Of a stretch of DNA of 64,000 nt, positions 41,445-52,301 are shown piece by piece. The position numbers and the translations under genes are program-made. Where the stretch lies: the NCBI GenBank assembly GCA_009859145.1, contig VRVR01000042.1, forward strand, positions 172,806-236,805. Reading direction: 5' to 3'. The notes below the pieces were generated by a model, which saw only the letters and a program-made list of their open reading frames with translations, did no database searches and was not told where the DNA came from. Within the stretch, counting starts at the first letter, position 1. Each line of letters begins with the position of its first letter. The stretch is from Andalucia godoyi And28. Its lineage: Eukaryota; Protista; Jakobida.

Positions 41445-41709
41445 CCGTTGTTCTTGTGCGCTCGCCAAAACATGAGTCATTGTCTATTGAAAGAAATTCC
41501 GAACTTGACTACGGTAAGAACATCGCGTCCTCCGTAAGGTTAGACAAGCAGAGTTCTGGGTATGATACTGTTCCTTTGATGTTCATACACAAAACGGTCG
41601 ACTGTCGTTCTGGCCACACAGCGACCCGTCTTTGTCTTTTTGCTCATTTTCTTCCTTTTGCTCCTTTTCTTCTGGTGAATGCATTTGGTGAACAGTGCCT
41701 AGTCCTTGG

Positions 41710-43677
41710 ATGAATCCTCTATTGTCCTTTCGATCGGACTATCTATTGGCTTGTCAAACACTTTCGTTTCCGTCGAATTCGACGTTTTTGCAACAAATCG
41801 ATGCTGAACAGTCCTTCTCGTTGACGGAACTCGTGTATTGTGGGTCTTCTGGACCGCTGTCAAAGACGGGGAGCATATGTCTGAGTCTTGCGCTTCAGAA
41901 GAACACGTCGGTGCGATCTCTCGAGCTTGCATCGAACAAAATGGAAGACGACGGAGCCTCGGCGATCGTCACGTCCTTGTCTCTGCGATACCAATCGTTC
42001 TCTGTGTATATCACACGTCTTGATTTATCTGGGAATTCACTGACGCTGCGATCGTGTGGTTCGATATCAGATTATTTGTTATCTTCTTCTGGGAGCCATC
42101 TTTCAACACTGATTTTGAGAAACAACAAGCTGGAGAGCCAGGGTGCGCAGAGGATCTTTAAAGCTGTTTGCGCGTCGCGAACGCTGGAAAGCTTAGATGT
42201 TTCTTCTTGTGGGATAGGCGCTGAAATTGCCGAGTCGTTTGGAGAACTCCTGTCCTTGAATTCGTCGATTGCCAATTTGTCAGTGAGTCATAACCGATTT
42301 GGAGATCGTGTGCTTGAACATGCCAAAGATGCTCTGGCTGTGAACCCGACGCTCGTTTCGCTGAACTTGGAGTCTTGCCAGCTTGGATTCCAAGCCGCGA
42401 AGGCGATCCTTGCTGCCCTGAGCATCAACAACACCCTGCTTACACTGGACTTGAAGTTTAACAACATTTCGCCTGCCATCGCCTCTGGCATCTCCAAGTC
42501 GCTGGAGCGAAACAGCCGGAGGGTGTCACTCCATGCCCAGTCGTCAAAGTCCCAGATATTTCTCCTCCAGCATAGTGTTGGGTCTCCGCAAACGAATGCC
42601 CATGTCGCATCCGGGTCCGTCTCAAGCCGGAGTCCGAGTCCCAGTCCAAGCTCGAGTTCTCGATCTGCCGTATCAATGGCTTCCATGCCTGACGCATCTT
42701 CTTCTTCCTCCGCTTATGTCGGTATTGGAATGGGCCTTCACCACCCGTCTCCGTTTTCGCCTCTTCCGCCACCGCCCAAACCGGGCTCCGTGGAACCAGT
42801 CGTTCAAAACCACCATAGATTGAATATTGGTGTTTCCCAGCCACCCGTTTCTTCTGCCAGCAGCTCATCGGTTGCTCCTTCCCCTGCTCAGATTCCTCCG
42901 CCTTTGGCTTCATCATCGTCATCATCACCGTATTCTACGTCTGTTTCTCCCGGGAATGGTCCACCGCTGGGGAACTCCCCCGAATCGTATGCTCACTCTC
43001 CATTTGTGGATCGCTTGACAGCTTCCCCAGGTATCGTGTTCCCTCATCTGATGAAACGATACGCCAAAGTCATCGACATGGCGGAAGCCTTGCTCCCTCC
43101 TTCCGAAAAGGGCCTTCTGCGCGATTTTTTCCGGTACGCCTGTACGAATTTGGAGCGCCTGGAAGAACAGCAGTCTCATCATTCTGCCGATGTGCAAGAC
43201 GTTATGCACCGCCTTCAAGCGCAGATCGCGAATCTGACAGTGGAACTTGTTGATCGGGAAGAAACCATCCTGCAACTTGATGCGCAGTGTTCTCAGCTGC
43301 AATCCGTGGTCGAGGACTTTACCAAGCGGGATTCCGAGATGAAATTGGAGTCGGAAAAGCTAAGACAGCAGCTGGCGCAGGAACGCCGAATGCGATTAGA
43401 ACTGCTGGACCAGCTTCTCGATCGTCCGGAGACTTCGTTGGAAGAGCACCAAAAATCAGACAACATTCCATCCCTGTCTTTTGATAATGCAGATTTGCTG
43501 CGATCTGAAAATTCCTTTTTGATCCAAGCGTTGCTGCAAGCTCAAAAGAAGAGCCAGTTTTCGCCGCACCGTTCGCCACTCACACAGCCCTCGCAACACC
43601 CTCTCATTTCGCCGACCGACCTGCCTTTCCATCGCTCCACCTCCTCTAAGAACTCCAAGGAGGGCGGCGCAATTTGA
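41710..43677 (+). CDS. RNI-like (ribonuclease-inhibitor-type) LRR protein with C-terminal coiled coil
   Basis: Repeats such as LELASNKMEDDGA, LILRNNKLESQGA, LDVSSCGIG and LNLESCQLG, then an S/P-rich linker and heptads. First ATG at 41710. Confidence 0.8.
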   Translation: MNPLLSFRSDYLLACQTLSFPSNSTFLQQIDAEQSFSLTELVYCGSSGPLSKTGSICLSLALQKNTSVRSLELASNKMEDDGASAIVTSLSLRYQSFSVYITRLDLSGNSLTLRSCGSISDYLLSSSGSHLSTLILRNNKLESQGAQRIFKAVCASRTLESLDVSSCGIGAEIAESFGELLSLNSSIANLSVSHNRFGDRVLEHAKDALAVNPTLVSLNLESCQLGFQAAKAILAALSINNTLLTLDLKFNNISPAIASGISKSLERNSRRVSLHAQSSKSQIFLLQHSVGSPQTNAHVASGSVSSRSPSPSPSSSSRSAVSMASMPDASSSSSAYVGIGMGLHHPSPFSPLPPPPKPGSVEPVVQNHHRLNIGVSQPPVSSASSSSVAPSPAQIPPPLASSSSSSPYSTSVSPGNGPPLGNSPESYAHSPFVDRLTASPGIVFPHLMKRYAKVIDMAEALLPPSEKGLLRDFFRYACTNLERLEEQQSHHSADVQDVMHRLQAQIANLTVELVDREETILQLDAQCSQLQSVVEDFTKRDSEMKLESEKLRQQLAQERRMRLELLDQLLDRPETSLEEHQKSDNIPSLSFDNADLLRSENSFLIQALLQAQKKSQFSPHRSPLTQPSQHPLISPTDLPFHRSTSSKNSKEGGAI

Positions 43678-43940
43678 TGGGGGGACCTCTTCCTTGCTGT
43701 TGGCTGGGTGTTTATTTATTTGTTTATTTATTTCTGATTGTCAGACAAAACAATGTATCATGATTGGCAATGGTTTTTTAAAATTAATATTATGTTTGCC
43801 TTTACCATGGCCCCTTCTTAGTTCCAAACTGTCAAATTTCTGTGGAAAGCTTGCATAAATACAGAAGCTCTCGCGCGGGGTCGCTGGAAGACGGCGCTGC
43901 CATTCAACCCAGACTACTATTCATCAAACATGGACTGTAG

Positions 43941-44321
43941 CGCCTACATTATACACTGAACATGCATACCCACGAGCAGACATGCATATTCAGTCTTGCA
44001 TCCCGTTGTCAGGAAGGGGATAGGCACCCAACACGCCTCATGGCATTCTTCAGATAAACGTTCCGCGCTCCGTTCCCAATCTCGATCAATCGGTGAGCCA
44101 CTTTCTCAGCGTGACACGTTGTTCCTGAGAAGGGTGCATTTTTGATTCTGACGGCCCTAGCAGTAGGTGTAGTGACACGTGGTCTCTTAGGAGGTCTGCG
44201 GGACCTAGGAGGCCCTGTATCACGAATTCTTGTGAAGCAAACGTGCTGGTGTCGGCCAGTATTGACCGTGCCTGTTTATGTATACTCCCCCATATGCATG
44301 ACAATGATGTGCTATCATTCA
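43941..44321 (-). mobile_element. Non-autonomous IS607/Fanzor2-like element, subfamily 1 (copy B, 381 bp)
   Basis: The minus strand carries TnpB N-terminal HTH-like RAVRIK/MHPSQEQRVTLRKW joined to C-terminal SPIDRDW/NGARNVYLKN. Preceded by TCG; ends TGTAGGCG. Confidence 0.85.
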
Positions 44322-44718
44322 GCGAGAAAAAAAATAAATAACGCAGGGCGTGGGGCGAAGATGCCAAATCGTCATCTCGGTCGTAGTGACTCGTGCCCTC
44401 TCTACACATCACCAATTGCATTAACAAAAAATTGTCCGGCAGAGCGCAACAAATTTGGATCCAGTTTTTTTTATTCCGCCCTTTGATTTTATCCGATGTT
44501 CGCTGGTCTTTTTATCCAACCTGACTGTTTCGTTCCCCAAAGGCTTTTTGCTTTTTGCTTTGCGTGTGTGTGTGGGTGTGTGGGTGTGTTATAGTTTTCT
44601 CGGTTTTTGACAGTGGGGTGTTTTCGTGTTTTTCTCCACGTCTTCTTTGCATGTTTCATTTTCAAAGATCAATCCTTGGTGAAAATACGTGGTCCTAGAT
44701 TGCCGAGCTCAGCGACGA

Positions 44719-46416
44719 ATGGAAGATCAAGTGATTGAGACGGAAGTCGAGAAACCGAGTCCTTTGGTGCTGTCCGCCGAGCCAAGTCTTTTGCTCCCAG
44801 ACAGCACTTTCTCGTCGTCTTCTAGTGCTACTTCCTCGGGCGGTAGCACCACTCATAACATTAACCACGTTAATCCAAGCCGTAGCGGTGGCGGTGGTTA
44901 CAGCACCAATAACAATGACAGCCAGTCTAATGAGAGTATGGGTCCGTCGACGCCAACGAGTTCGACGAGCAAGACGGGCAAGACAGGCAAGGACGGCAAG
45001 GAAGACGAAGAGTCTCTTTTGCACAAACTGCTGTTTATGCCGGTGAATGCGACTAAAGCCACGATGAAGGCCACGATGAAGGTAACCAAATTCGCGACAA
45101 TGGCGGTCGTCGATGTCACAAAACGCGGAACCAAGGAGCTCGTGAACTTCTCTCTGAATGTGACAAAGCGACACAAGGATTTGCAGAACGATTTGGAAGC
45201 CTACAAGCTGATGCAAATGTACTCGCGCGCCCAGGTCTTGTTTGTGATCTTCTCGCTGACTGTGCTCATCGGTCTGCAAGATGGCCAGTATGACGAAACT
45301 CTCAGTGTGTCATCCGAGAATGTCCTCAAAATAATCTTGCTGATTGCATCGGTGCTGCATATTGCGTTAATCCATGCGCACTACAGAGCAATCATCAAAG
45401 TCATCAGCTCTTCGGGGCTGTTGCCGCAAAACGCTTCGATTTATCGAGCAAACTTGATTCACTGGTTCTTGATCGAAGTCGGGATCTGCTCTGTCTTCCC
45501 TTACCCGTTTGTCAATTTTGGAAGTCTGCGAACACAACAATTGTTTGGGTGCTTTGTGTTCACCAGAGTCTACCTGATGGGAAGGTTTTTCTATTACCGA
45601 TCGTATTTCACGTCTGCAACAGGTCGCTTTGTCCAGGGATTCACCAAAATGCGATTCAACGTTCCGTTTGTGATACGAGTGTATCTGCAAGAGGAGCCGT
45701 ATGTTGTGCTGATTGGTGGGTTTATGGTAGTGCTTTGCAGTGTGTCGTACATGGTTTGGGTCGCGGAGCGTCTCGAAAACCCATTTTTGGATTCTTATTC
45801 AGACTGCATGTGGATGGTGGTAGTGACGATTATGACCATTGGTTACGGCGACAGGACTCCCGTGACCCCCGAAGGTCGGACGATTGTGCTTGTTGGCGGG
45901 TTTGCAGGAATCATGCTGACGGCAATGATCATCACATTGTTCCATCGTGAGCTGCAGCTGACCCCACAAGAAGCGAAGCTTGTGTCGTTTCTCCACAACG
46001 ACAAGAACAACTCAAGAATGAGAAACCTTGCTGCATCATCCATCCAGCTCTGCTGGAAGCTGTATACTCTCAAGACGACCGAAATCACCCAGGACCGTAT
46101 GGAAAGGTTTGTGATGGAGCGAGTGATGCAGAAGCATCGTCTCATGGTTTCAGAAGCTGAGCGACAGCTGTTCCTCACTCTCTCGTCATTTCGTGCAGTT
46201 CGCAGACAGATGATATCCGATATCATTTCAAATTCTCTGGATCCGACGTCCATTGTGGAAGCCGTGCATATGGAAGTGAAGAGCCTTCAGCGCTCAATGG
46301 ATGCCTCCCAAGCACCGCTTGAACAACGAATCGACCGCCTGGAATCTCAGCTTTCCGAGATTCTGCTGCTTCTCCGTTCTCAGCAACGACCGGTCTTTGA
46401 CGTTTCTGGCTTGTAG
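44719..46416 (+). CDS. Small-conductance (SK/KCNN-like) calcium-activated potassium channel
   Basis: Pore motif VVTIMTIGYGDRTP...GR, six TM segments, CaM-binding-like LTPQEAKLVSFL...NLAASSIQLCWK and a C-terminal coiled coil. ATG at 44719. Confidence 0.85.
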   Translation: MEDQVIETEVEKPSPLVLSAEPSLLLPDSTFSSSSSATSSGGSTTHNINHVNPSRSGGGGYSTNNNDSQSNESMGPSTPTSSTSKTGKTGKDGKEDEESLLHKLLFMPVNATKATMKATMKVTKFATMAVVDVTKRGTKELVNFSLNVTKRHKDLQNDLEAYKLMQMYSRAQVLFVIFSLTVLIGLQDGQYDETLSVSSENVLKIILLIASVLHIALIHAHYRAIIKVISSSGLLPQNASIYRANLIHWFLIEVGICSVFPYPFVNFGSLRTQQLFGCFVFTRVYLMGRFFYYRSYFTSATGRFVQGFTKMRFNVPFVIRVYLQEEPYVVLIGGFMVVLCSVSYMVWVAERLENPFLDSYSDCMWMVVVTIMTIGYGDRTPVTPEGRTIVLVGGFAGIMLTAMIITLFHRELQLTPQEAKLVSFLHNDKNNSRMRNLAASSIQLCWKLYTLKTTEITQDRMERFVMERVMQKHRLMVSEAERQLFLTLSSFRAVRRQMISDIISNSLDPTSIVEAVHMEVKSLQRSMDASQAPLEQRIDRLESQLSEILLLLRSQQRPVFDVSGL

Positions 46417-46553
46417 TGCAATGTGCAGTGTGCAGTGTGTGCATGCAAGTTTTACGTATTTCACTACCTTTGTGTATTACTCTTATGTATGCGAACAGAT
46501 ATATCCCATAATAATCAATTCTTTTTTTATTTTTGTTATTTTTTCAAAAACAG

Positions 46554-46899
46554 CGTCTACATTGTACACTAACCACGGATAATCATCGCTGATCACCCAT
46601 AATCAATGTTGCAACCTAAGAACATGCATAGCATGATTGGGAAGGGGGTGGGCCCCCAACACGCCCCTCGGCATGAGAGACGTTCCTAAGATAGATGTGG
46701 ATGATGCGGGTCGTTCCGGTGGCGGTGGAGATGTCACAGGTCTTGCGCAGCGTTGCGAGCGCGACGTACATGGTGCGTTGCATGGACAATAAAAATAAAA
46801 ATAATGAAATGAGCGTCGCTGTGCGAGAATGCCACGCGGCGGCGTGTTTATAGGGATTTCATGATCAAAATGGGGCGAAACGAATCGAGCATCGTGTGA
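46554..46899 (-). mobile_element. Non-autonomous IS607/Fanzor2-like element, subfamily 2 (copy E, 346 bp)
   Basis: Homologous to 458-725. On the minus strand it is preceded by CCG and ends AGTGTACAATGTAGACG. It contains a 51-aa mini-ORF (46771-46616) joining a TnpA-like N-terminus to a TnpB-like tail. Confidence 0.78.
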
Positions 46900-47215
46900 C
46901 GGAGTTGTCAAGATAGCAGACGCATGCGCATGGCGGGTGGTAGTGTTTTTTTGTTTGCGTGCGCCTTAGATTGCTTCATCATATCGCAATAAGTGACGGC
47001 GGTGTTTTCTGCAAATTCCCAGCAAATGTTGTGTGGCAAACAGTCAAACCAAAGCCAAGCCAAACCGAAAGCAAGAAAAGAAAAGAAAAGAAAAGAAAAG
47101 GCACAATTCAATAATCACAATTTTATGGGCATGGTCCATACAGCAAAGATGCAGACCAGGTACCTTCTGGCTTCTCCGCGTTGCCTTCTTCTTCATGCCT
47201 GTCCAATCACGACAA

Positions 47216-49321
47216 TCACTCATGTTGTCGACGACGGGACTTTTGGAATCGGTGCTTGCGCTGTCGTTCATCCGCCTCTTCCGCTTCCTTTTCCTTCACC
47301 TTCTGCATCGAAAGTTCTTTCAAGCGCGAGCGATCCAAAAGTTCGTTAGAGTCGTCGTCGCTATCGCTCTCCTCCACCATTTGATTAAGAAACTTGGAAA
47401 CGTTATGAACGGAGATCGTGTTGTCACGGACAGCTGGAGATGCACTTGCATGCGACGCTGAAGTCCGCGAACTGGATTTTGGAGACGCGGGGGTGTCGTA
47501 CAGCGGTGAAGTGTGCGTGGTCGAGTCATCGCCGACGGCTGCATATGGATCTTGGTCATCCGTACTCGCTGTACTGCCGCGCTTTGCCGACGAACCACCA
47601 GCACCAGCACCAGCACCAGCACCATGTGAAGATCCTGCCGATTCCCTTGGCGTTGGGGGGGACGACGATTTCTTTTGCAATTCAGCTTGCAAATCCAGGA
47701 CTTTGACTTCCAGTCGCTGAAGCATCAGAAGAACCTTGTCATCGGCGACGGTGGCATACAAATTCTGGTCTGCAGACGCGATTGTGTCTCCTTTGATCGC
47801 AGATATATCGACGGCAGCATGCGCACAAAGCGCCTCGACGCCCGCCTTGACGTCCACGTACAACCTTGACAACTTCTCATACTTGGCAGACAGGCGATCA
47901 TACGAAGCCTGCGATTCAGTGAGCTGATCCTCGAGCTGCTTGATGAGCTGATTGTGCGATGGGGCATTAGACGAAGCAGACGCCGAGGACCCGCTGCCCT
48001 CCAGGATGCTGGACGAAGGATCCGTGGTGGATCCATTGGACACTGTTCCCACCCCATTTCCGTTTTGTTGGGCTGCTCGCCATTCCTCCAACTGTCTCTG
48101 CAACCGGTGGTTCTCCTCGCCAAGTTCATTGTTGAATCGAAGAAGACCGTCGTTTGCATTCTGAAGATCGAGCGAACGCTCCAGTGCTTCGTCTGCGGTC
48201 GAGCACCCAAGCGTCGTCCTCAAACGGTCCACGAGCACTGGATCGGCGGTGTCACGGCGCACTGCGGAAAGATCGTGGGCTGACGCGTTGTTCTGACTTG
48301 TATCTGAATTGGAATCCTTGCTGCTTGACGCATTTCCTGCATTTGACCCGTTCACTCCGTCCTTGTCCCGCGTTGTGTCGACCTTCTTTTGATCACGAAG
48401 AAGAGTTTCCGCCACTCTTCGATTTGCACGAAGGCGCTCATCCATGATACGCATCTCTTGCTGCCACTGCATTTTTTCCGATTCAAACTGCAAAGTGATT
48501 GCAGCAACTTCCGATTGCGCAGCGTCGCGTGCAGCCTCGGACTGCCGATGCGAAAATTCAAGTTCCTGAATCGAGCGCTCTCGTCGCTTCACCTCTCTTT
48601 GGAGTTTCTTAATTTCTGTTTGCAATTGCTGGATCTGCAAATTGTAGTCCGCCTCGAAATGCTTCACATTCTCCAGCTGTGCTCGACGGTCCGACGCAGT
48701 GCGTTTCACAACATCCAGCCGCGTCTCCAATCGCGCAATCGTGCGCGCAGCAACTAGATCGTCGCGTAATGGATCGTTCGCGGTGAGATTCTGCACGATT
48801 TCCTTGTGTTGCAAAAGAAGGGCATCCAGCCTCTTCACTTCTTCATCTGACTGAAGTCGAGCGGAGCGCTCGTCATCAAACATGCGCTTCACCCGCTCGA
48901 CTTCTCTCTGCAGCTGCAAAATGCGCTCGGCCTCATTGATCGCAGCTTTCACAGATGTTGGCCCCGCTGCATCGAGTCTGCGTTGCAAGAGCTCATCACG
49001 AAGACGCTTACTGTCTTCGCGGAGCCGCTCGATTGTAGCCTTGTGCTGCGAGTCTGACAGCGCATGCTTCTTCACATCCGCCGAGTGCGCATCTTCCAGA
49101 ATGCGGACTTTACGCTGCAAAAACTTGATTTCCTCCTTCAGTTCCTCTGCGTCGTCCCCATCCGTTAGCGGGGCAGGACGACCAGTACTGCGAGCAGGGT
49201 TTGGAGTACCTGTCAAGGACGACCTGTGCGGAGTTCCATGCGATGTGCCGGGTCGCGAAGGTATCCCAGACCGGTGCGTACCCCCGCCTTGTACAGGAGA
49301 AGGCGAACCACGAAATGACAT
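47216..49321 (-). CDS. Coiled-coil protein, outer dynein arm docking complex-like (ODA1/CCDC114/CCDC151 family)
   Basis: Long heptad pattern with LLRFNNELGEEN and DDKVLLMLQRLEVKVLDL segments typical of ODA-DC subunits. The family assignment is by resemblance only. Confidence 0.5.
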   Translation of the reverse strand: MSFRGSPSPVQGGGTHRSGIPSRPGTSHGTPHRSSLTGTPNPARSTGRPAPLTDGDDAEELKEEIKFLQRKVRILEDAHSADVKKHALSDSQHKATIERLREDSKRLRDELLQRRLDAAGPTSVKAAINEAERILQLQREVERVKRMFDDERSARLQSDEEVKRLDALLLQHKEIVQNLTANDPLRDDLVAARTIARLETRLDVVKRTASDRRAQLENVKHFEADYNLQIQQLQTEIKKLQREVKRRERSIQELEFSHRQSEAARDAAQSEVAAITLQFESEKMQWQQEMRIMDERLRANRRVAETLLRDQKKVDTTRDKDGVNGSNAGNASSSKDSNSDTSQNNASAHDLSAVRRDTADPVLVDRLRTTLGCSTADEALERSLDLQNANDGLLRFNNELGEENHRLQRQLEEWRAAQQNGNGVGTVSNGSTTDPSSSILEGSGSSASASSNAPSHNQLIKQLEDQLTESQASYDRLSAKYEKLSRLYVDVKAGVEALCAHAAVDISAIKGDTIASADQNLYATVADDKVLLMLQRLEVKVLDLQAELQKKSSSPPTPRESAGSSHGAGAGAGAGGSSAKRGSTASTDDQDPYAAVGDDSTTHTSPLYDTPASPKSSSRTSASHASASPAVRDNTISVHNVSKFLNQMVEESDSDDDSNELLDRSRLKELSMQKVKEKEAEEADERQRKHRFQKSRRRQHE

Positions 49322-49996
49322 CTCTCACTTTCTTTGTACGAGGCGTCCTTTTTGCGGAAATGTGTGTCTCCCACTCTTCTCTCTCTCTCTCTCTCTCTGT
49401 GTCTCCCTGCTTCCTTTGGTGATGTGAGATCAGCAGAGAATACAAAGACCAAACCGACCTTTATATTCAGAGCAGGGTAGTAAAAATGATTTTTTTTAAA
49501 AATAAAGGGAAAAAACAGAAACGTATTGGGATACGCACAGAAATGTCAGTTCAGATACTTGTTATTGTTGAATGGTGGGAGTTTTCTCTTTAGGATGAAC
49601 AAAATCAAAAAGAAAGCAAACAGAGGAGGATGGCTTCGAAACTGTTTGGGCGGCGGACAAAGAAAAAAAACAAACGGGCTTGTCAGCAAGAACAGCATGC
49701 GATCAGCGGAAACGAACGGTTGGTATGAGCACCGCCGTCGTTGAATGATACTGACAGATGCGCGCGTCGCCACTTGTTGAGGGCCCCCAGCAGCTCCCGC
49801 AGTCGTCTGAGCAGAATACTTTGTCAATGCTCAACAGCCCCGTACAGCAAGTCAGAAGTAAAATAAAAAAACAAAAACCCTGAAGACGCCGACCTGGGCA
49901 CTTCTCGGCCGCACAAGTCACAACACGGCCATGCCACCACCACCACCACATGGGAGCTTTTGGGGGATTCTTATCGGAAGGTGGAAGGGCCATAAC

Positions 49997-51040
49997 TCAA
50001 GAGTGCTGAATGAAAAAGTCATCTGGAGATCGTCGACATGGCTCTGGAATGACAAACCAGTGCGGGGACCGCTCGGACATGAGCCATTTAAAGTCGTCGA
50101 CCATGTCCCACCGATTTCTGTCTTTTGAAAAGCCGCATGCCTTCATTTGCTCCTCGAGGAGTGAGTACTGAGCGGCGTACGGCGCAAATCCCATTTCCGA
50201 GCAGTCCTCAATGATTGGATTCGAACCGCAGTGCAGATAAAGCGAGCACTTGCTGGAGCTGTGGATGCGTGCCTGGTGACATGCAATAACAATGATACAG
50301 CTGTGACACTTGTCGACGAACAGGGAAGAGTCAACGGGGCCCATCACAATCTCACAGTCGTCACACTCGGAGACCGTAACCGCGCCAACAGACACTGGAA
50401 TCTCAATTCGAACGCCACGGCACTTTGCAATTGAAACGGTCTTGCCAAGGAAGCCCTCTGAGAACGTGTGACACGGCCGAGGGCCCTCGGCTTCCAGCGC
50501 CACAAGATCCTCAATCTTTTGGATGGAGGCGCCCTCGGCCATCAGTTCCAGATCTTTTCGCTTTGCCGACCCATTCTCAGCCAACGACGCAGCCGGCGCT
50601 GGCGGGGGGCCCGTCTTCACTCGAGCGCCGAGCAGCGAGAACTTCTTCTTTGGAGCACCGGTCTCCTTCCTCAGTTTTGCGACACGCGACGAAAGCTCCG
50701 TGATCTGCTCCTGTCCTCTCCGAAGCTCATACGCCGGCAAAAAGCGAGCATGCGCATTCAGCTGCGCTTGCAATTCTTGCAGTGTGCTTGTATACGCCTT
50801 GAATGCCTCCTCATCAGACGGAGCGGACCGCGAAGAAGCAGACGAAGACGAGGAAGAAGAGGAATCAAGCTGCTCAGAGAGGCTCTTGCAGCGCATTCGG
50901 AACAGAGTCACAAATTCCTCCGTGTTTTCCTCGGGCGCGCTTTCATCATGAAGCTGCTCAACGCGAGCATTGTGGGCTTCTTGAAGTGCCTGCTGACGAT
51001 CTGCTAAGCGCTCGCGCACTTGGGATTCTCGATCCGTCAT
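49997..51040 (-). CDS. TBCC: Tubulin-folding cofactor C
   Basis: N-terminal spectrin-like helices (FLPAYELRRGQ, PKKKFS). C-CAP/TBCC beta-helix GPVDSSLFVDKC...ACHQARIH...NPIIEDC...NRWDMVDDFKWL...SPHW. Confidence 0.95.
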   Translation of the reverse strand: MTDRESQVRERLADRQQALQEAHNARVEQLHDESAPEENTEEFVTLFRMRCKSLSEQLDSSSSSSSSASSRSAPSDEEAFKAYTSTLQELQAQLNAHARFLPAYELRRGQEQITELSSRVAKLRKETGAPKKKFSLLGARVKTGPPPAPAASLAENGSAKRKDLELMAEGASIQKIEDLVALEAEGPRPCHTFSEGFLGKTVSIAKCRGVRIEIPVSVGAVTVSECDDCEIVMGPVDSSLFVDKCHSCIIVIACHQARIHSSSKCSLYLHCGSNPIIEDCSEMGFAPYAAQYSLLEEQMKACGFSKDRNRWDMVDDFKWLMSERSPHWFVIPEPCRRSPDDFFIQHS

Positions 51041-52301
51041 GTACCCGTTTTATCCCTTTTCTTTTTTCCGTCTCCTTTTTGTCTGCTCCCCTCTTCCCCG
51101 ACAAAATAATGTCAAAAGAACAAAAAATAGAGGTGTGAATGGGTATATACATATATATATATATATATGTATACATAAAATAGAATGGAAATGGGGAAAA
51201 AAAGAACGGCTGGCAGCTTTTTCGCAGCAATGTTGGACATCAAACAAATATGATTTTCCTACCGTAGTCCAGTCTAGGAATTTCTTTCGTTCTTTCACTT
51301 TTTGTTCTCTCTGTTATTCTTTCTGTTTACGTTTTATTTTACAATCGAACCCTCAAGCAGCACCATTCATCATAGACAAAACAAACACGTCTCATGGCTC
51401 CATAGAGGGAAACTTCCCCAACAAAACCAAACCGGCCATCCCCGAAGATGCCGAGAACCAAGAAACTTGTTGATTCCCTTCTCGTCGCAACTTGCTGATG
51501 ATCATCACATCACGGAGATGTGGTCGATTTGCGTTCGGAATGCGCTTTTTCAAGTCAGAGAACAAGAAGGAGCAAAGGCAAAAGCGTCGTTCGCCGACTA
51601 CATTCTGTTTCCTCCAACGTTCCTTTTTGAATGTTGAATCAATTGGGGAATATGTTGGCTGCGATGATCCTTTGATGTAGAGGTGGTGCTCGCCCCCCCC
51701 CCCCCCCAAATAAAAACAAAGAACACGTAGCTTGGATCTGTCTTCGGTGACAGCTTAGTCGATGACCACTAGCGATTCATGTTTTCTTGGCGAGCAGAAC
51801 GAATGAGGAATCACGACCGAGGAATCGGGCAGAGCGCCACTGACTGTAAAAATCAGCATCCCGGCACGGAAGAGGAGGAAACGACGTGCGGGAAAAATCC
51901 ACTGTAGTTCAAACGCGTATCGGGTGTAGTGATTATGCACACGCTGAGTTGATTCTAAAATTACTTTTTTTCGTGCATGTTGTTTTGAGCAGAGAGCATT
52001 CGTTGTTTTCTGACATCGCTCTTTGAATGACACACTACTGACTTTCAAAGGCACTCCTTTCTTTTTTTTCTTCTATTACTTTTAGCAGTTCATTTCCGAC
52101 GGCCTTTTTGTTTTGCTTTCCTTTTTCCTTTCCGTTGTTGGTGGATCTCTCAGTCACTTCCTCGTCCTTCGAACTTGTTGACCAGATTTTCTTTTTTTTT
52201 TCTTTCGGAAAAAGAAAAACAAAAAACAAAAAACAAAAGCAAAAACAAACGAACAACAACAACAACAAGAAGCAATCAAGGGTTCAAAAAACAAAAAGAA
52301 A

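Noticed and set aside
43795-43810. TTGCCTTTACCA resembling U5 snRNA loop I
   Set aside because: Only three U's rather than GCCUUUUAC, and no flanking stem or Sm site.
43900-43920. ATTCAACCCAGACTAC resembling RNase P CR-V
   Set aside because: No complementary GGAAGGUCUGGG-type CR-I/P4 strand upstream.
51755-51848. Possible box C/D snoRNA or U3 3' domain (GATGA...GAGC...ATGA...CTGA)
   Set aside because: The C box is TCGATGA rather than RTGATGA, the terminal stem is weak, and there is no convincing eukaryotic rRNA guide or U3 5' domain. Kept only as part of an unexplained block.
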